Program-made: the position numbers and the translations under genes | Notes under the pieces: generated by a model | Database searches by the model: none | What the model saw: only the letters and a program-made list of their open reading frames with translations | Told to the model about the DNA's origin: nothing | Shown here: piece by piece, positions 1-10,866 of the stretch | How the letters are laid out: each line of letters opens with the position of its first letter | Numbering within the stretch: position 1 is the first letter of the stretch | Assembly (NCBI GenBank): GCA_965221695.1 | Contig: OZ244905.1 | Span: 1,920,001-1,984,000 of the forward strand | DNA from: Gammaproteobacteria bacterium | Lineage (GTDB): Bacteria; Pseudomonadota; Gammaproteobacteria; Eutrophobiales; Eutrophobiaceae | Direction: 5' to 3' | DNA length: 64,000 nucleotides

Positions 1-718
1 GTCGGCGCCGCCGCCCGCGGTGCTGCAGGCCATGGAAGAAATGAACTTCCCCGTTACCCACGTGTACGGCCTGACCGAAGTCTACGGCCCGGCGGTCGTC
101 TGCGCCTGGCGTGACGAATGGAACGACCTCCCTATAGAAAAGCAGGCTGAAATCAAGGCAAGACAAGGTGTGCGCTACCCGCTGCAGGAAGCCGTGATGG
201 TGGCAAACCCGGAAACACTGGAACCGGCGCCAAAAGACGGCGAGACGGTCGGAGAGATATTCCAACGCGGCAACATCGTGATGAAGGGCTACCTGAAAAA
301 CCCCAAGGCAACAGAAGAGTCATTCAAAGGGGGCTGGTTCCACAGCGGCGACCTGGCCGTCTGGCACGAAGACGGCTACGTGGAAATCAAGGACCGTTCA
401 AAGGACATCATCATTTCAGGCGGCGAGAACATCTCCAGTATTGAGGTGGAAAATACGCTGTATCGCCATCCGGCCATCCTGGAAGCTGCGGTCGTCGCCA
501 GACCCGATGAGAAATGGGGCGAAACCCCTTGCGCGTTCGTGACCCTGAAGGACGGGGAAACGCTTTCCGAAGAAGAGGTATTGGCATTCTGCCGCGCCAA
601 CATGGCCCGTTTCAAGGTACCAAAAACAGTTGTCTTCGGCCCGTTGCCCAAGACCTCTACCGGCAAAATCCAGAAATTCATCCTGCGCGCCAAGGCGAAT
701 GAATTGGGGTCTGAATGA
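1..718 (+). CDS. Acyl-CoA synthetase / AMP-dependent ligase, 5' part outside window
   Basis: Motifs HVYGLTEVYGP, GWFHSGDL, DRSKDIIISGGENISS, LPKTSTGKIQK; the frame is open from the window start. Confidence 0.9.
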   Translation, partial: SAPPPAVLQAMEEMNFPVTHVYGLTEVYGPAVVCAWRDEWNDLPIEKQAEIKARQGVRYPLQEAVMVANPETLEPAPKDGETVGEIFQRGNIVMKGYLKNPKATEESFKGGWFHSGDLAVWHEDGYVEIKDRSKDIIISGGENISSIEVENTLYRHPAILEAAVVARPDEKWGETPCAFVTLKDGETLSEEEVLAFCRANMARFKVPKTVVFGPLPKTSTGKIQKFILRAKANELGSE

Positions 719-1197
719 GCGCCTTCCACGTCACCACCCATGAATTGATGGAGATCCTGTCAACCTGCAAGCGGGTTGCCCTGGTGGGCTTGTCGAACGA
801 CCCGATGCGGCCCAGTTACTTCGCCGGCAAGTACTTGCAGGAACATGGCTTTGACATTGTGCCGGTAAATCCCAACTACCGGGAGATCCTGGGAGAGACC
901 TGCTATCCCGATCTGCTGTCCATACCGGGAAAAGTGGATGTGGTCGATCTGTTTCAAAAACCAGACCGCGTCATGCCGTTCGTACGCCAGGCTATCGATA
1001 TCGGCGCGCGCGTGGTGTGGATGCAACTCACCATCGTCAACGAAGAAGCCGCGGAGTTGGCGCGCAGCGCCGGCTTGAAAGTCGTCATGGACCGCTGCAT
1101 GAAGATTGAATATGCCCGCTTGTACGGCGGATTGAACTACGCCGGCGTGAATACCCGGGTGATCTCGGCCAAGCGCCCCCTTTTCGTAAACCGGTAA
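715..1197 (+). CDS. CoA-binding Rossmann protein (YccU-like)
   Basis: VALVGLS..P.RPSY, PVNP, VVWMQL, VVMDRCMKIE; ATGA overlap with the upstream gene. Confidence 0.85.
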   Translation: MSAFHVTTHELMEILSTCKRVALVGLSNDPMRPSYFAGKYLQEHGFDIVPVNPNYREILGETCYPDLLSIPGKVDVVDLFQKPDRVMPFVRQAIDIGARVVWMQLTIVNEEAAELARSAGLKVVMDRCMKIEYARLYGGLNYAGVNTRVISAKRPLFVNR

Positions 1198-1331
1198 TTT
1201 TGCCCCAGGGGATATCCAGATCAAGGAATTATCCGCAGATGGCGCAGATACGCTTGAAAGCAGCGAGACAGCTCTTTTGACACTCGCATTACATGTTTCA
1301 ATATCCTATATATCCTGTACATCCATGTTAA

Positions 1332-2627
<1,296 letters not shown>

Positions 2628-2663
2628 ACAAGAACCGGTATAGCCGGTACTGTTCCAATTTCA

Positions 2664-2755
2664 GGAACCTCTGCTTCAGTCAGAGGATCCTTCAATTTAC
2701 AGAATATAGCCTGTAGGTATATTATTTAGGAAGCTCTGACTTAATCAGAGGCTCC
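2664..2755. repeat. Two short palindromes built from IS5-like ends
   Basis: GGAACCTCTG-N7-CAGAGGATCC (2664-2690) and GGAAGCTCTGA-CTTAA-TCAGAGGCTCC (2729-2755); the same motif occurs at 61516 and 62975. Confidence 0.55.
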
Positions 2756-2818
2756 TTTTATACAAAGTCAGCATAATCTGACTGTTTGTCAAGCATTTTA
2801 CGAAGTACTGTTCTGACT

Positions 2819-4582
2819 ATGACAACGACAGCAGACACTATCGGGGAAGCGCTGGTAAGGGACAATAAGCTACAAGCGGCAGAGCTTGAGCGGGCGCTGA
2901 TTGTCAATGACCGTCGCAGAGACGGCATCGGCCCGTTACTGGTGCGCCTTGGCTTGGTGTCGGAGAAAGACCTGGCCCGTTCTTATGCCGAACGCCATGA
3001 TCTGCCGATACTGCAAGACGATGAATGGCCGGAAATGCCCGTTACTATCGATAACCTGTCTCCCAGGTTTTTGAAGAACGCACGCGTGGTGCCAATCCAA
3101 GAAGACGATGAGCAGGTGACTCTGGCGATTACCGATCCGGAAGATCAGTTTACCGTCCAGGCTTTGGAATTGGCCTGTGATAAACCGTTGGCAATAAAAC
3201 TTGCAACGGTCAGCCAGGTGGAACGCGCCCTGGACCGGCTCTACGGCGGAGACAAGTCCCAGATGGAAGGCATCGTTGAGGAAATTCAGCCGGAGAGCAA
3301 TGTTGCCCAATTTGATTCTATCGAGGAGTTGCGCAACCTGGCGGCGGAAGCGCCCATCATCCGGCTGGTTAATCTCATCATCAACCGGGCGATGACGTTA
3401 CGCGCCTCGGATATACATATTGAACCTTTCGAAAACCGGCTGATAGTTCGTTATCGCATCGACGGCGTTCTGCAGGAAGGGGAAGCGCCGCCGGTACATT
3501 CCGCAGCGGCGGTGGTCTCCCGGATCAAGATCATGGCAAAGCTGAATATTGCCGAACGCCGCCTGCCACAAGATGGCCGCATCCAGATAAGAGCGCAGGG
3601 CAAACCGATTGATTTGAGGGTGTCGACCGTACCCACTTTGTATGGCGAGAGCATGGTATTGCGCATCCTGGATAAGGAACAGGTAGCGCTGGACATGGAC
3701 ACGCTCGGGTTTGATGGCGCCGGCAGGCAACGCTTTCAAGGCTTGCTTGCCCAGCCCCATGGCATCATCCTGGTAACCGGGCCGACCGGCAGCGGCAAAA
3801 CCACCACCTTGTATGCGGCATTGCAGACGCTTAATACTCCCGGTAAAAAGATACTCACGGTAGAAGATCCGGTGGAGTATCAATTGGAGAGAATCAACCA
3901 GATCCAGGTAAAACCCCAAATCGGTCTTGATTTTGCGAGCGCGTTGCGGTCGATCGTGCGCCAGGACCCCGATGTCATCATGATCGGTGAAATGCGCGAC
4001 CTGGAAACCGCGCGCATCGCCGTGCAATCAGCGCTCACGGGCCATTTGGTCTTGTCAACGCTGCATACTAACGATGCGGGTAGTTCGGTTACTCGTCTGC
4101 TGGATATGGGCGTGGAAAACTACCTGCTCACCTCAACCCTGAATGGCATTGTGGCGCAGCGGCTGGTGCGAACATTATGTCCGGATTGCCGGCAAATGTA
4201 TCAGCCGCCCCGCGCGCAGTTGGATGAGTGGCAGCGCTGGTTGACCGCGGAGAACAACCCCGATCAGGAATGCGACCTGCTTGCAGTATTGAATAAAGAA
4301 GCGCCGTCGGATCAACATAAAACCACCGACGACCTGGTTTTCTACCGGCCGGGCGGATGCAAATCCTGCTCAAACACCGGTTACCACGGGCGCACCGTGA
4401 TCAGTGAATTGTTGATGTTGTCCGAGTCGGTGCGCCGTTTGATCCTGTCTCACGCAGATGGCAGGGAAATACAGAATGCGGCAATAAAAGCCGGAATGGA
4501 CAATATGAAAATCGATGGGTTGAGAAAGGCGTTAAAAGGAATTACCACCGCCGAGGAAGTAGCGCGGGTAACCGAAGTGTAG
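2819..4582 (+). CDS. gspE: T2SS ATPase GspE
   Basis: ASDIHIEP, Walker A GPTGSGKT, RQDPDVIMIGEMRD, CPDC...CKSC; ATG at 2819 preferred to TTG at 2786. Confidence 0.95.
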   Translation: MTTTADTIGEALVRDNKLQAAELERALIVNDRRRDGIGPLLVRLGLVSEKDLARSYAERHDLPILQDDEWPEMPVTIDNLSPRFLKNARVVPIQEDDEQVTLAITDPEDQFTVQALELACDKPLAIKLATVSQVERALDRLYGGDKSQMEGIVEEIQPESNVAQFDSIEELRNLAAEAPIIRLVNLIINRAMTLRASDIHIEPFENRLIVRYRIDGVLQEGEAPPVHSAAAVVSRIKIMAKLNIAERRLPQDGRIQIRAQGKPIDLRVSTVPTLYGESMVLRILDKEQVALDMDTLGFDGAGRQRFQGLLAQPHGIILVTGPTGSGKTTTLYAALQTLNTPGKKILTVEDPVEYQLERINQIQVKPQIGLDFASALRSIVRQDPDVIMIGEMRDLETARIAVQSALTGHLVLSTLHTNDAGSSVTRLLDMGVENYLLTSTLNGIVAQRLVRTLCPDCRQMYQPPRAQLDEWQRWLTAENNPDQECDLLAVLNKEAPSDQHKTTDDLVFYRPGGCKSCSNTGYHGRTVISELLMLSESVRRLILSHADGREIQNAAIKAGMDNMKIDGLRKALKGITTAEEVARVTEV

Positions 4583-4586
4583 AAAA

Positions 4587-5813
4587 ATGCCAAGTTTCAG
4601 GTACAAAGCGATTTCATCCGAGGACGGAAATATGCTGGAGGGTGTGCTGGATGCGCCAACCCGGGAGATGGCTATTGTTCAATTGCAAAATGCCGGACAC
4701 CTGCCCGTCAGCGCGGTTGAAACAAACGCCGGTGTAACGCTTGATTTCAGTCGACTACTGGAGTGGCGGCGCCCGCGTAACGTGACCCAAAAAGATGTAA
4801 CGCTGATGACCCGGGAACTGGCTACACTATTGCAGGCCGGCTTGCCCCTGGACCAAGCGCTGCGTAACATGGAACGGCTGCGCCACAAGCGACCCATGCA
4901 ACAATTACTGCGCAAACTGTCCGACAGTCTGCAAGCCGGCCTCAGCTTTTCGGACGCGCTGGCGAAGCAGTCGGGGGTGTTCAGCAACCTGTATGTAAAC
5001 ATGGTTCGGGCAGGCGAGTTCAGTGGCTCTTTGGAAAATGTTATCAGGCGCCTGGCCGACTACCTGGAACACATTGCCTCGTTGCGGGCGCATGTGATCA
5101 CTACCCTCATTTATCCCGCGGTCCTGTTCGTGTTTTCCGTTTTGTCATTGGTCATTCTGATGACATTTGTAATACCCGAGTTTATTCCCTTGTTCGAGGA
5201 TGCCGAACAAACACTGCCGCTGCTGACAAGGGTCATTTTTGCGCTCTCTTACCAGTTTCAGCAGTACTGGTGGGGGGTGTTGCTGGCATTTCTCCTGTTA
5301 CTGCTGATCGTGGAAAAATGCTTGCAACGCCCCCTGTATCGGCGTTATTTTGATGCATGGTGTCTGCGCCTGCCATGGGTGGGCGAGATCATCAGGCAAT
5401 CGGAAGTGGCGCGCTTTGCTCACAGCCTTAGCGCTGCCATTGGCAATGGCGTGCCGTTGCTGACCGGAATGCGCCTGGTGAAGGAGGTAATAGGAAATAC
5501 CCGGATTGCAGAAGATATTGAAGCGGTATACGCTAATCTTGAGCAAGGCATGTCTATGGCCGGCCCGTTGAAAGAGTCGCCGGTTTGGCCGGAACTGGCT
5601 GCGCAACTGATAGAGGTAGGCGAAACCAGCGGGCAGTTGGAAGTCATGCTGGTGAAAGTTGCAGATATCTATGACAAAGAGGCGCAAACCGCCATAAAAC
5701 GTCTCCTGGTTGTCCTGGAGCCGGCGTTGATCCTGGGACTTGGCGGGTTGATAGCAGTCATCATTGCCTCGGTGCTGCTTGCTCTCTTGAGTTTAAATTC
5801 ACTGGTGATATGA
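4587..5813 (+). CDS. gspF: T2SS inner-membrane protein GspF
   Basis: MPSFRYKA start, LYVNMVRAGEFSGSL, LIYP, VGETSGQL, LEP. Confidence 0.95.
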   Translation: MPSFRYKAISSEDGNMLEGVLDAPTREMAIVQLQNAGHLPVSAVETNAGVTLDFSRLLEWRRPRNVTQKDVTLMTRELATLLQAGLPLDQALRNMERLRHKRPMQQLLRKLSDSLQAGLSFSDALAKQSGVFSNLYVNMVRAGEFSGSLENVIRRLADYLEHIASLRAHVITTLIYPAVLFVFSVLSLVILMTFVIPEFIPLFEDAEQTLPLLTRVIFALSYQFQQYWWGVLLAFLLLLLIVEKCLQRPLYRRYFDAWCLRLPWVGEIIRQSEVARFAHSLSAAIGNGVPLLTGMRLVKEVIGNTRIAEDIEAVYANLEQGMSMAGPLKESPVWPELAAQLIEVGETSGQLEVMLVKVADIYDKEAQTAIKRLLVVLEPALILGLGGLIAVIIASVLLALLSLNSLVI

Positions 5814-6244
5814 ATATGTTAGCAAACAAACAGAAAACCCAAACGGGCTTCAGCCTGATTGAATTGTTGGTGGTATTGACAATTATTGCCCTGCTGGGGG
5901 CCGTAGTCGGTCCGCAGTTGATAACTAACCTGGGTGGGGCCAAATCAGATACGACAAAATTGCAGATCGAAGATTTTGGCGCGGCCCTGGATATGTTTTA
6001 CCTCGATAACGGTCGTTATCCCACTACCGACGAAGGATTGAGCGCGTTGATCACAGAGCCTGACGACCTGGATAACTGGAACGGGCCTTACCTGAAAAAA
6101 AGCAACCTTCCCAAAGACGCCTGGGGTAACGATTACCGATATGAAGCGCCCGGAGATAACGGACTCTACGATTTATATTCCTATGGCGCGGATAATTCCT
6201 CCGGGGGCTCCGGTGAAGACAAAGACATTGTCAGTTGGAAATGA
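5810..6244 (+). CDS. gspG: T2SS major pseudopilin GspG
   Basis: Prepilin site G|FSLIELLVV, LDMFYLDNGRYPT, WNGPYL, DAWGNDY. Confidence 0.95.
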   Translation: MNMLANKQKTQTGFSLIELLVVLTIIALLGAVVGPQLITNLGGAKSDTTKLQIEDFGAALDMFYLDNGRYPTTDEGLSALITEPDDLDNWNGPYLKKSNLPKDAWGNDYRYEAPGDNGLYDLYSYGADNSSGGSGEDKDIVSWK

Positions 6245-6677
6245 ACATGGCATCACCCTGATCGAATTGTTATTGGTGATGATCATCATAATGTTACTGG
6301 CGACCTTGGTTCCGCCGCTACAAATTGACATGATTGAGAGCGCCAGATACAGGCAGGCAAAGCAGGAAATCATTGCCGGACTGCGGTTTTCCAGGAGCAA
6401 GGCAATCAACAATCAGGCATCTGTCAGGTTCGCCATCAATACGGAAGACGGAACAATGACGATAACCGACAAAATACGGAACTTGCACATACCGGACGAT
6501 GTAACGATTACGATGAACTCCGCGCCGTCGGAACAGGTATCGGAAGGTGAGAGCGCGATCCGTTTTTTCCCCGACGGGAGCTCAACCGGCCTGGAATTAC
6601 TTTTCCAAAGAGGAGAACAGAATGTCCGCATCCATGTGGATGAATTGACCGGACGAGTCAGCAACGTTGAAGAATAA
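6228..6677 (+). CDS. gspH: T2SS minor pseudopilin GspH
   Basis: G|ITLIELLLV and IRFFPDGSSTG; the probable start is TTG 6228, overlapping the gspG end. Confidence 0.85.
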   Translation: MSVGNEHGITLIELLLVMIIIMLLATLVPPLQIDMIESARYRQAKQEIIAGLRFSRSKAINNQASVRFAINTEDGTMTITDKIRNLHIPDDVTITMNSAPSEQVSEGESAIRFFPDGSSTGLELLFQRGEQNVRIHVDELTGRVSNVEE

Positions 6678-7071
6678 CATGATGCGCTGCCAGACCGGCA
6701 TCACCTTGATCGAGGTGGTCGTGGCGTTTTTTATTACCACGTTATCGCTCGGCATCATTTTTCAAATCTATGCGAAAGGCGTCACCGCGGTTGTTCTCGC
6801 CAATGAGTACGCCTCAGCCCTGTCCATCGCCGAGTCCAGGTTGGCCGAGGTGTCCAGGGGCGCGGAAATGCGCAACTATAAAAGCGAGGGTAAAGAAGAA
6901 AACCGGTATGATTGGACAATAGAAACCACCGACCACATGATTGCGGACCCGAGCGACACTGCGCGCACTGCATACTCCCTGGTACAGGTCGATGTGAATG
7001 TCAGTTGGCAAAGCCGCGGCAAAACGCGCAACATTGACCTGCAAACACTGAAACCGATCATAGTTCAGTAA
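6667..7071 (+). CDS. gspI: T2SS minor pseudopilin GspI
   Basis: G|ITLIEVVVAF; position in operon; the start may be an ATG near 6679. Confidence 0.85.
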   Translation: MKNNMMRCQTGITLIEVVVAFFITTLSLGIIFQIYAKGVTAVVLANEYASALSIAESRLAEVSRGAEMRNYKSEGKEENRYDWTIETTDHMIADPSDTARTAYSLVQVDVNVSWQSRGKTRNIDLQTLKPIIVQ

Positions 7072-7757
7072 TGTCATATCCCAGGTTCCAATGCCGCATG
7101 CTTCCCGTGAACGCACGCGCGGCAAACGGTTTCACGTTGCCGGAAATGCTGCTTGCGCTGTTATTGTTCAGCATGGTGTTGCTGATGCTCTACGGCAGCC
7201 TGTTCCAGGCCGGCAATTATTGGCGTGCCAGCGAGATTCAATTACGCAAAAACGATGATAAACGTTTCATCCTGTCGTTCATTCGCAAACGCATAGAACA
7301 GGCGCGTCCGATTATCCAGGAACTGAGCGGAAACGACCGCGTAATCTTTCGGGGAGACGCCCACAGTGTGGAATTTGTATCAACGTTGCCGTCCTATGCA
7401 ACTGACGATGGTCTGTATTTTCTGAAGTTTGAAATTCAGGAAAATATACTGGTTCTCAATTATCTACCCCTGGCCAGGGATGTAAATATGTTCAGTAGCA
7501 ATATTTTTGCTGATGCTGAACAAATCAACCTGGTGGAAGATGTCGAGCAGGTGGACCTGGAATATTTCGGGAGGCATACGCCGGGTAGTCAGCCCGTGTG
7601 GCGAGATGCCTGGAATAACACGCATTGGTTGCCCCAGCGGTTGCGGATCAGTTTTGAAACCAATAACCACCATCCCTGGCCACAACAAGTCATCGCGCTA
7701 CGGTCACAAGCCGAATGGAGACCGCCGCAACTGGTCATTTACCTGGAAGGAGCTTAG
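7071..7757 (+). CDS. gspJ: T2SS minor pseudopilin GspJ
   Basis: G|FTLPEMLLAL, W.D.W....LP; position in operon. Confidence 0.85.
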   Translation: MSYPRFQCRMLPVNARAANGFTLPEMLLALLLFSMVLLMLYGSLFQAGNYWRASEIQLRKNDDKRFILSFIRKRIEQARPIIQELSGNDRVIFRGDAHSVEFVSTLPSYATDDGLYFLKFEIQENILVLNYLPLARDVNMFSSNIFADAEQINLVEDVEQVDLEYFGRHTPGSQPVWRDAWNNTHWLPQRLRISFETNNHHPWPQQVIALRSQAEWRPPQLVIYLEGA

Positions 7758-7760
7758 CCG

Positions 7761-8669
7761 GTGGCGCTGTTTGAACATGGCTGTTGCTTACACCCGGCCC
7801 GGCATAAGAGGCAGGACGGGATCGCGCTGGTCCTGGTCCTCTGGCTGGTAGCGCTGCTGTCCATTATGGTTGCGGGCTTCAGTTACGCCATGCGAACGGA
7901 AACCTGGTTGACCATACATGGTATTGAATCGGCGCAAGCCCGCAGTCTGGCTGAAGCGGGTTTATGGTTGGCTGTGGGAGACTTGTTGAGTCCTGAAGCG
8001 GAAAGACGCTGGTCGGCTGACGGCACGGAGGTTGAAACAGAGTTCGATAACGAAAAAATCAGACTGCGTATTCAGGATGAAGCCGGCAAAATTGCTCTGA
8101 ACGAGGCAGACGATGAACTTCTGCTGGGCCTGTTAAAAACCGCCACAGCAACGGATAGTAAAGCGCTGTTCCTGCGCAATGCGATCCTGGACTGGCGCGA
8201 TGCCGACCAACAGGCGCGCAGCCCGGGTACCGAGGATAACCCTTCCACCGGTTACAACGCCAAAGATGGCCCGTTCAACAGCATAGAAGAATTGCGCCGT
8301 GTTGCCGGCATGACCGATAAAATATACGGCAAAATCAGCAAGGCCCTGACGATTCACTCTTTGCAACCGGGCTTCAACCCACTCCTGGCTCCGCGCAGCG
8401 TCCTAGATGCCGTGCCCGGCAGCAACAGCGACCTCATTGATGAATACCTGGCCAACCGCCACATACCAGGAGTAAACGCCACCATAACGGACCAGGATCA
8501 CCTCTATTTCAATGCCGACCAAGGGCGCGCCTATACCATTACCAGCACAGCCAGAGCAGGACGAAGCAGACTGGCGCTGACTGCTGTTATTGAACTGGAC
8601 AGGAATGTGACGCCCCCTTATTCGGCGCTCACCTGGCAGGAGTCTAAGCTGCATTATGAACACCCGTAA
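7761..8669 (+). CDS. gspK: T2SS minor pseudopilin GspK
   Basis: G|IALVLVLW, IQDEAGKIALN, ILDWRDAD, F.SIEELRRV.GM. Confidence 0.9.
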   Translation: MALFEHGCCLHPARHKRQDGIALVLVLWLVALLSIMVAGFSYAMRTETWLTIHGIESAQARSLAEAGLWLAVGDLLSPEAERRWSADGTEVETEFDNEKIRLRIQDEAGKIALNEADDELLLGLLKTATATDSKALFLRNAILDWRDADQQARSPGTEDNPSTGYNAKDGPFNSIEELRRVAGMTDKIYGKISKALTIHSLQPGFNPLLAPRSVLDAVPGSNSDLIDEYLANRHIPGVNATITDQDHLYFNADQGRAYTITSTARAGRSRLALTAVIELDRNVTPPYSALTWQESKLHYEHP

Positions 8670-9762
8670 AGCGTCAAAACAGAACAGGTCATTGCCGGCG
8701 ATGACGCTAACGTCCCGCGCCGGGGATTTTCTGAGTTGGTGGTGGGAGGGACTGTTGCTGGCTCTGCCTGAACGTTGGGCGGCGAGCTTGCGCCATGTTC
8801 CCGATATTGTGACAGTGGAAGCACAGGGGCATCTGCTGACTTTCAAGCTCTACGACGGCGCCGAGCAACATCTACGTGAAGAACGCGCCATCGACGCGCA
8901 GGACATCAGCGCGCAAGCAGAGATAAATCACTGGCTTGATAATCATGAGAATGCAGCCGATCTCATCCTCCTGATACCGCCCGACAAGCGCTTGACTAAA
9001 AATCTTACTTACCCGCTGGCTTCAGAGAAAGACCTGCGTGCGGTCCTGGGCCATGACATGGACAAACAAACACCGTTCACCACTGGCCAGGTATACTTTG
9101 ATTACACGATAGCGCGTAAAGACAGGGAAAGCGGTAAGTTACGTGTTGATCTCCATCTGGTTTTGAAAAAAACCTTGCGTGACCTGCTTGGCGTTCTGTC
9201 CTTTCTCACCTTGAGGCCAAAAGCGGCGGCGGCGGATATTGACACGCTTGCAGATGGCATCAATTTTCTTCCCGTGGAGGAGCGCCCGATTAAGGATTCT
9301 TTCTATCAGCGCGTGAAACTGACGGCCTTGTTCTCGATAATCCTGATTTTGGTTGCGCTATATCTTCCGCTGGCGCGCTATAATGCTATTGCCAAAGAGC
9401 TCGAAAGAGACGTGGGGGAAAACAGAACGCAGGCTATGCAGGCGCAAACGCTTATCGACAGAAAGCGGGTCATCCTGGAAAGAGCTGATTTTTTGCAGAA
9501 CCAGGTTCGTTATCAGACCCCTTTCATACGCCTGCTGCACGAAGTCACCCGCAGCTTACCGGACGATACCTGGCTTACCCAATTCATCATTAACGAGGGT
9601 CAAATGCAAATTCGGGGCGAAACAATTGCTGCCGCTTCGGTGATCCGTCTGATTGAACAATCGGATTATTTTGAGAACGCTGAATTCCGTTCGCCGGTTA
9701 CCAAGAGCAGTGGCGGGACAAGAGAAGAGTTCCATATCACTGCCCGGCTGGAAATGAAATGA
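8656..9762 (+). CDS. gspL: T2SS GspL (PilN-like C-terminus)
   Basis: FLSWWWEGL, DKQTPF..GQVYFD, one TM helix, LPDDTWL, F.NAEFRSPV. Confidence 0.85.
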   Translation: MNTRKASKQNRSLPAMTLTSRAGDFLSWWWEGLLLALPERWAASLRHVPDIVTVEAQGHLLTFKLYDGAEQHLREERAIDAQDISAQAEINHWLDNHENAADLILLIPPDKRLTKNLTYPLASEKDLRAVLGHDMDKQTPFTTGQVYFDYTIARKDRESGKLRVDLHLVLKKTLRDLLGVLSFLTLRPKAAAADIDTLADGINFLPVEERPIKDSFYQRVKLTALFSIILILVALYLPLARYNAIAKELERDVGENRTQAMQAQTLIDRKRVILERADFLQNQVRYQTPFIRLLHEVTRSLPDDTWLTQFIINEGQMQIRGETIAAASVIRLIEQSDYFENAEFRSPVTKSSGGTREEFHITARLEMK

Positions 9763-10337
9763 ATAAGGCAAAGTTAAAACGTCTGCTGCACAGCTCGATT
9801 TCTGTCAGCTTGACATTGCTGGGAGTCGGAGCATTATTTTTCTTCGTGGTCTGGCCGGCATTATCAAGTCGGGCGGCGTTACAGGAACGTTTGCAGGCAT
9901 TACAGCTTCAAGAGCAAAAATTCGGTCTGGCCACGTTGCGAACGCCTGCCCTGGAAAAAGAACTTGAGGAGCTGGCCGCGCGGGAAATAAACCTGGAAGG
10001 CTTTCTCGAAGAAAAACCGCTTGCCCTGGCAGCAGCCGACCTGCAACAGATGATTGGTTCGTTCGTCGAAGAGGCTGGCGCATCACTGATCAGCGCCCAG
10101 GTTCTGCAGGAAGCAGATAATGACAGCCCGTTTCCTGCCATCATCGTGAAAGTCAATCTTCACGGCAATACTGATTCGTTGCACAAGATACTGTACCGGA
10201 TAGATACCAGTCGGTTGCAGTTATTGGCGGACAATCTGCGTGTGCAAAAAAGGCAATCAGGCGGCAACCCGTCTGTTGACGAGCTGGGGATACGGTTTGA
10301 CGTCACTGCGTTTATCTACCGGCCGGAATCCTCATGA
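9759..10337 (+). CDS. gspM: T2SS GspM
   Basis: N-terminal TM, coiled coil, AAADLQ motif; position after gspL. Confidence 0.8.
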   Translation: MNKAKLKRLLHSSISVSLTLLGVGALFFFVVWPALSSRAALQERLQALQLQEQKFGLATLRTPALEKELEELAAREINLEGFLEEKPLALAAADLQQMIGSFVEEAGASLISAQVLQEADNDSPFPAIIVKVNLHGNTDSLHKILYRIDTSRLQLLADNLRVQKRQSGGNPSVDELGIRFDVTAFIYRPESS

Positions 10338-10852
10338 AACTGAAGCGGCAGCCATTACACCGATTTCAGCGCGTTTTGCTGGCGCTGTGTGTAGTCCTGT
10401 CCGCATATACCATCTATGAGCTGTTCAGGCCACAGCAGGCGTCAGAGTTTGCGCAGACTACCGAACAGGATACACAAACCATAGCCGCTTTGTTGCAGCA
10501 GGCGGGCGTAGACATCCCGCCTATAGAGACATTTGTAGAGATCATCGAACGGCCGTTATTCATGCAAGACAGGCGACCCTACGTGGCGCCGGCGCCGGTC
10601 GTCATCCGTGAGCCTGAGCCACAGGCGCCGGCTGCGCCGGATATTACCGAGCAGATTTCATTGCGCGCGACCATCATCATCGGCGAAAAACGGATCGCGC
10701 TTATACAAGAACTTGCAAACGGCAGCCAACTTCGTTTAAATCAGGGTGAAGCGTATAACGGCTGGACCCTGACCGGTGTGGAAACCGGAGAAATATCCAT
10801 GAAAAAAGGAGAAGAAGTCAAACAGATACAACTGAAGAAGGGCCAGTCTTAA
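10334..10852 (+). CDS. T2SS GspC/XpsN-like protein
   Basis: N-terminal TM, RPLF..DRRP motif, GE.YNGWTL; lies between gspM and gspD as in Xanthomonas xps. Confidence 0.7.
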   Translation: MKLKRQPLHRFQRVLLALCVVLSAYTIYELFRPQQASEFAQTTEQDTQTIAALLQQAGVDIPPIETFVEIIERPLFMQDRRPYVAPAPVVIREPEPQAPAAPDITEQISLRATIIIGEKRIALIQELANGSQLRLNQGEAYNGWTLTGVETGEISMKKGEEVKQIQLKKGQS

Positions 10853-10866
10853 CGGGAACCTTGCAC

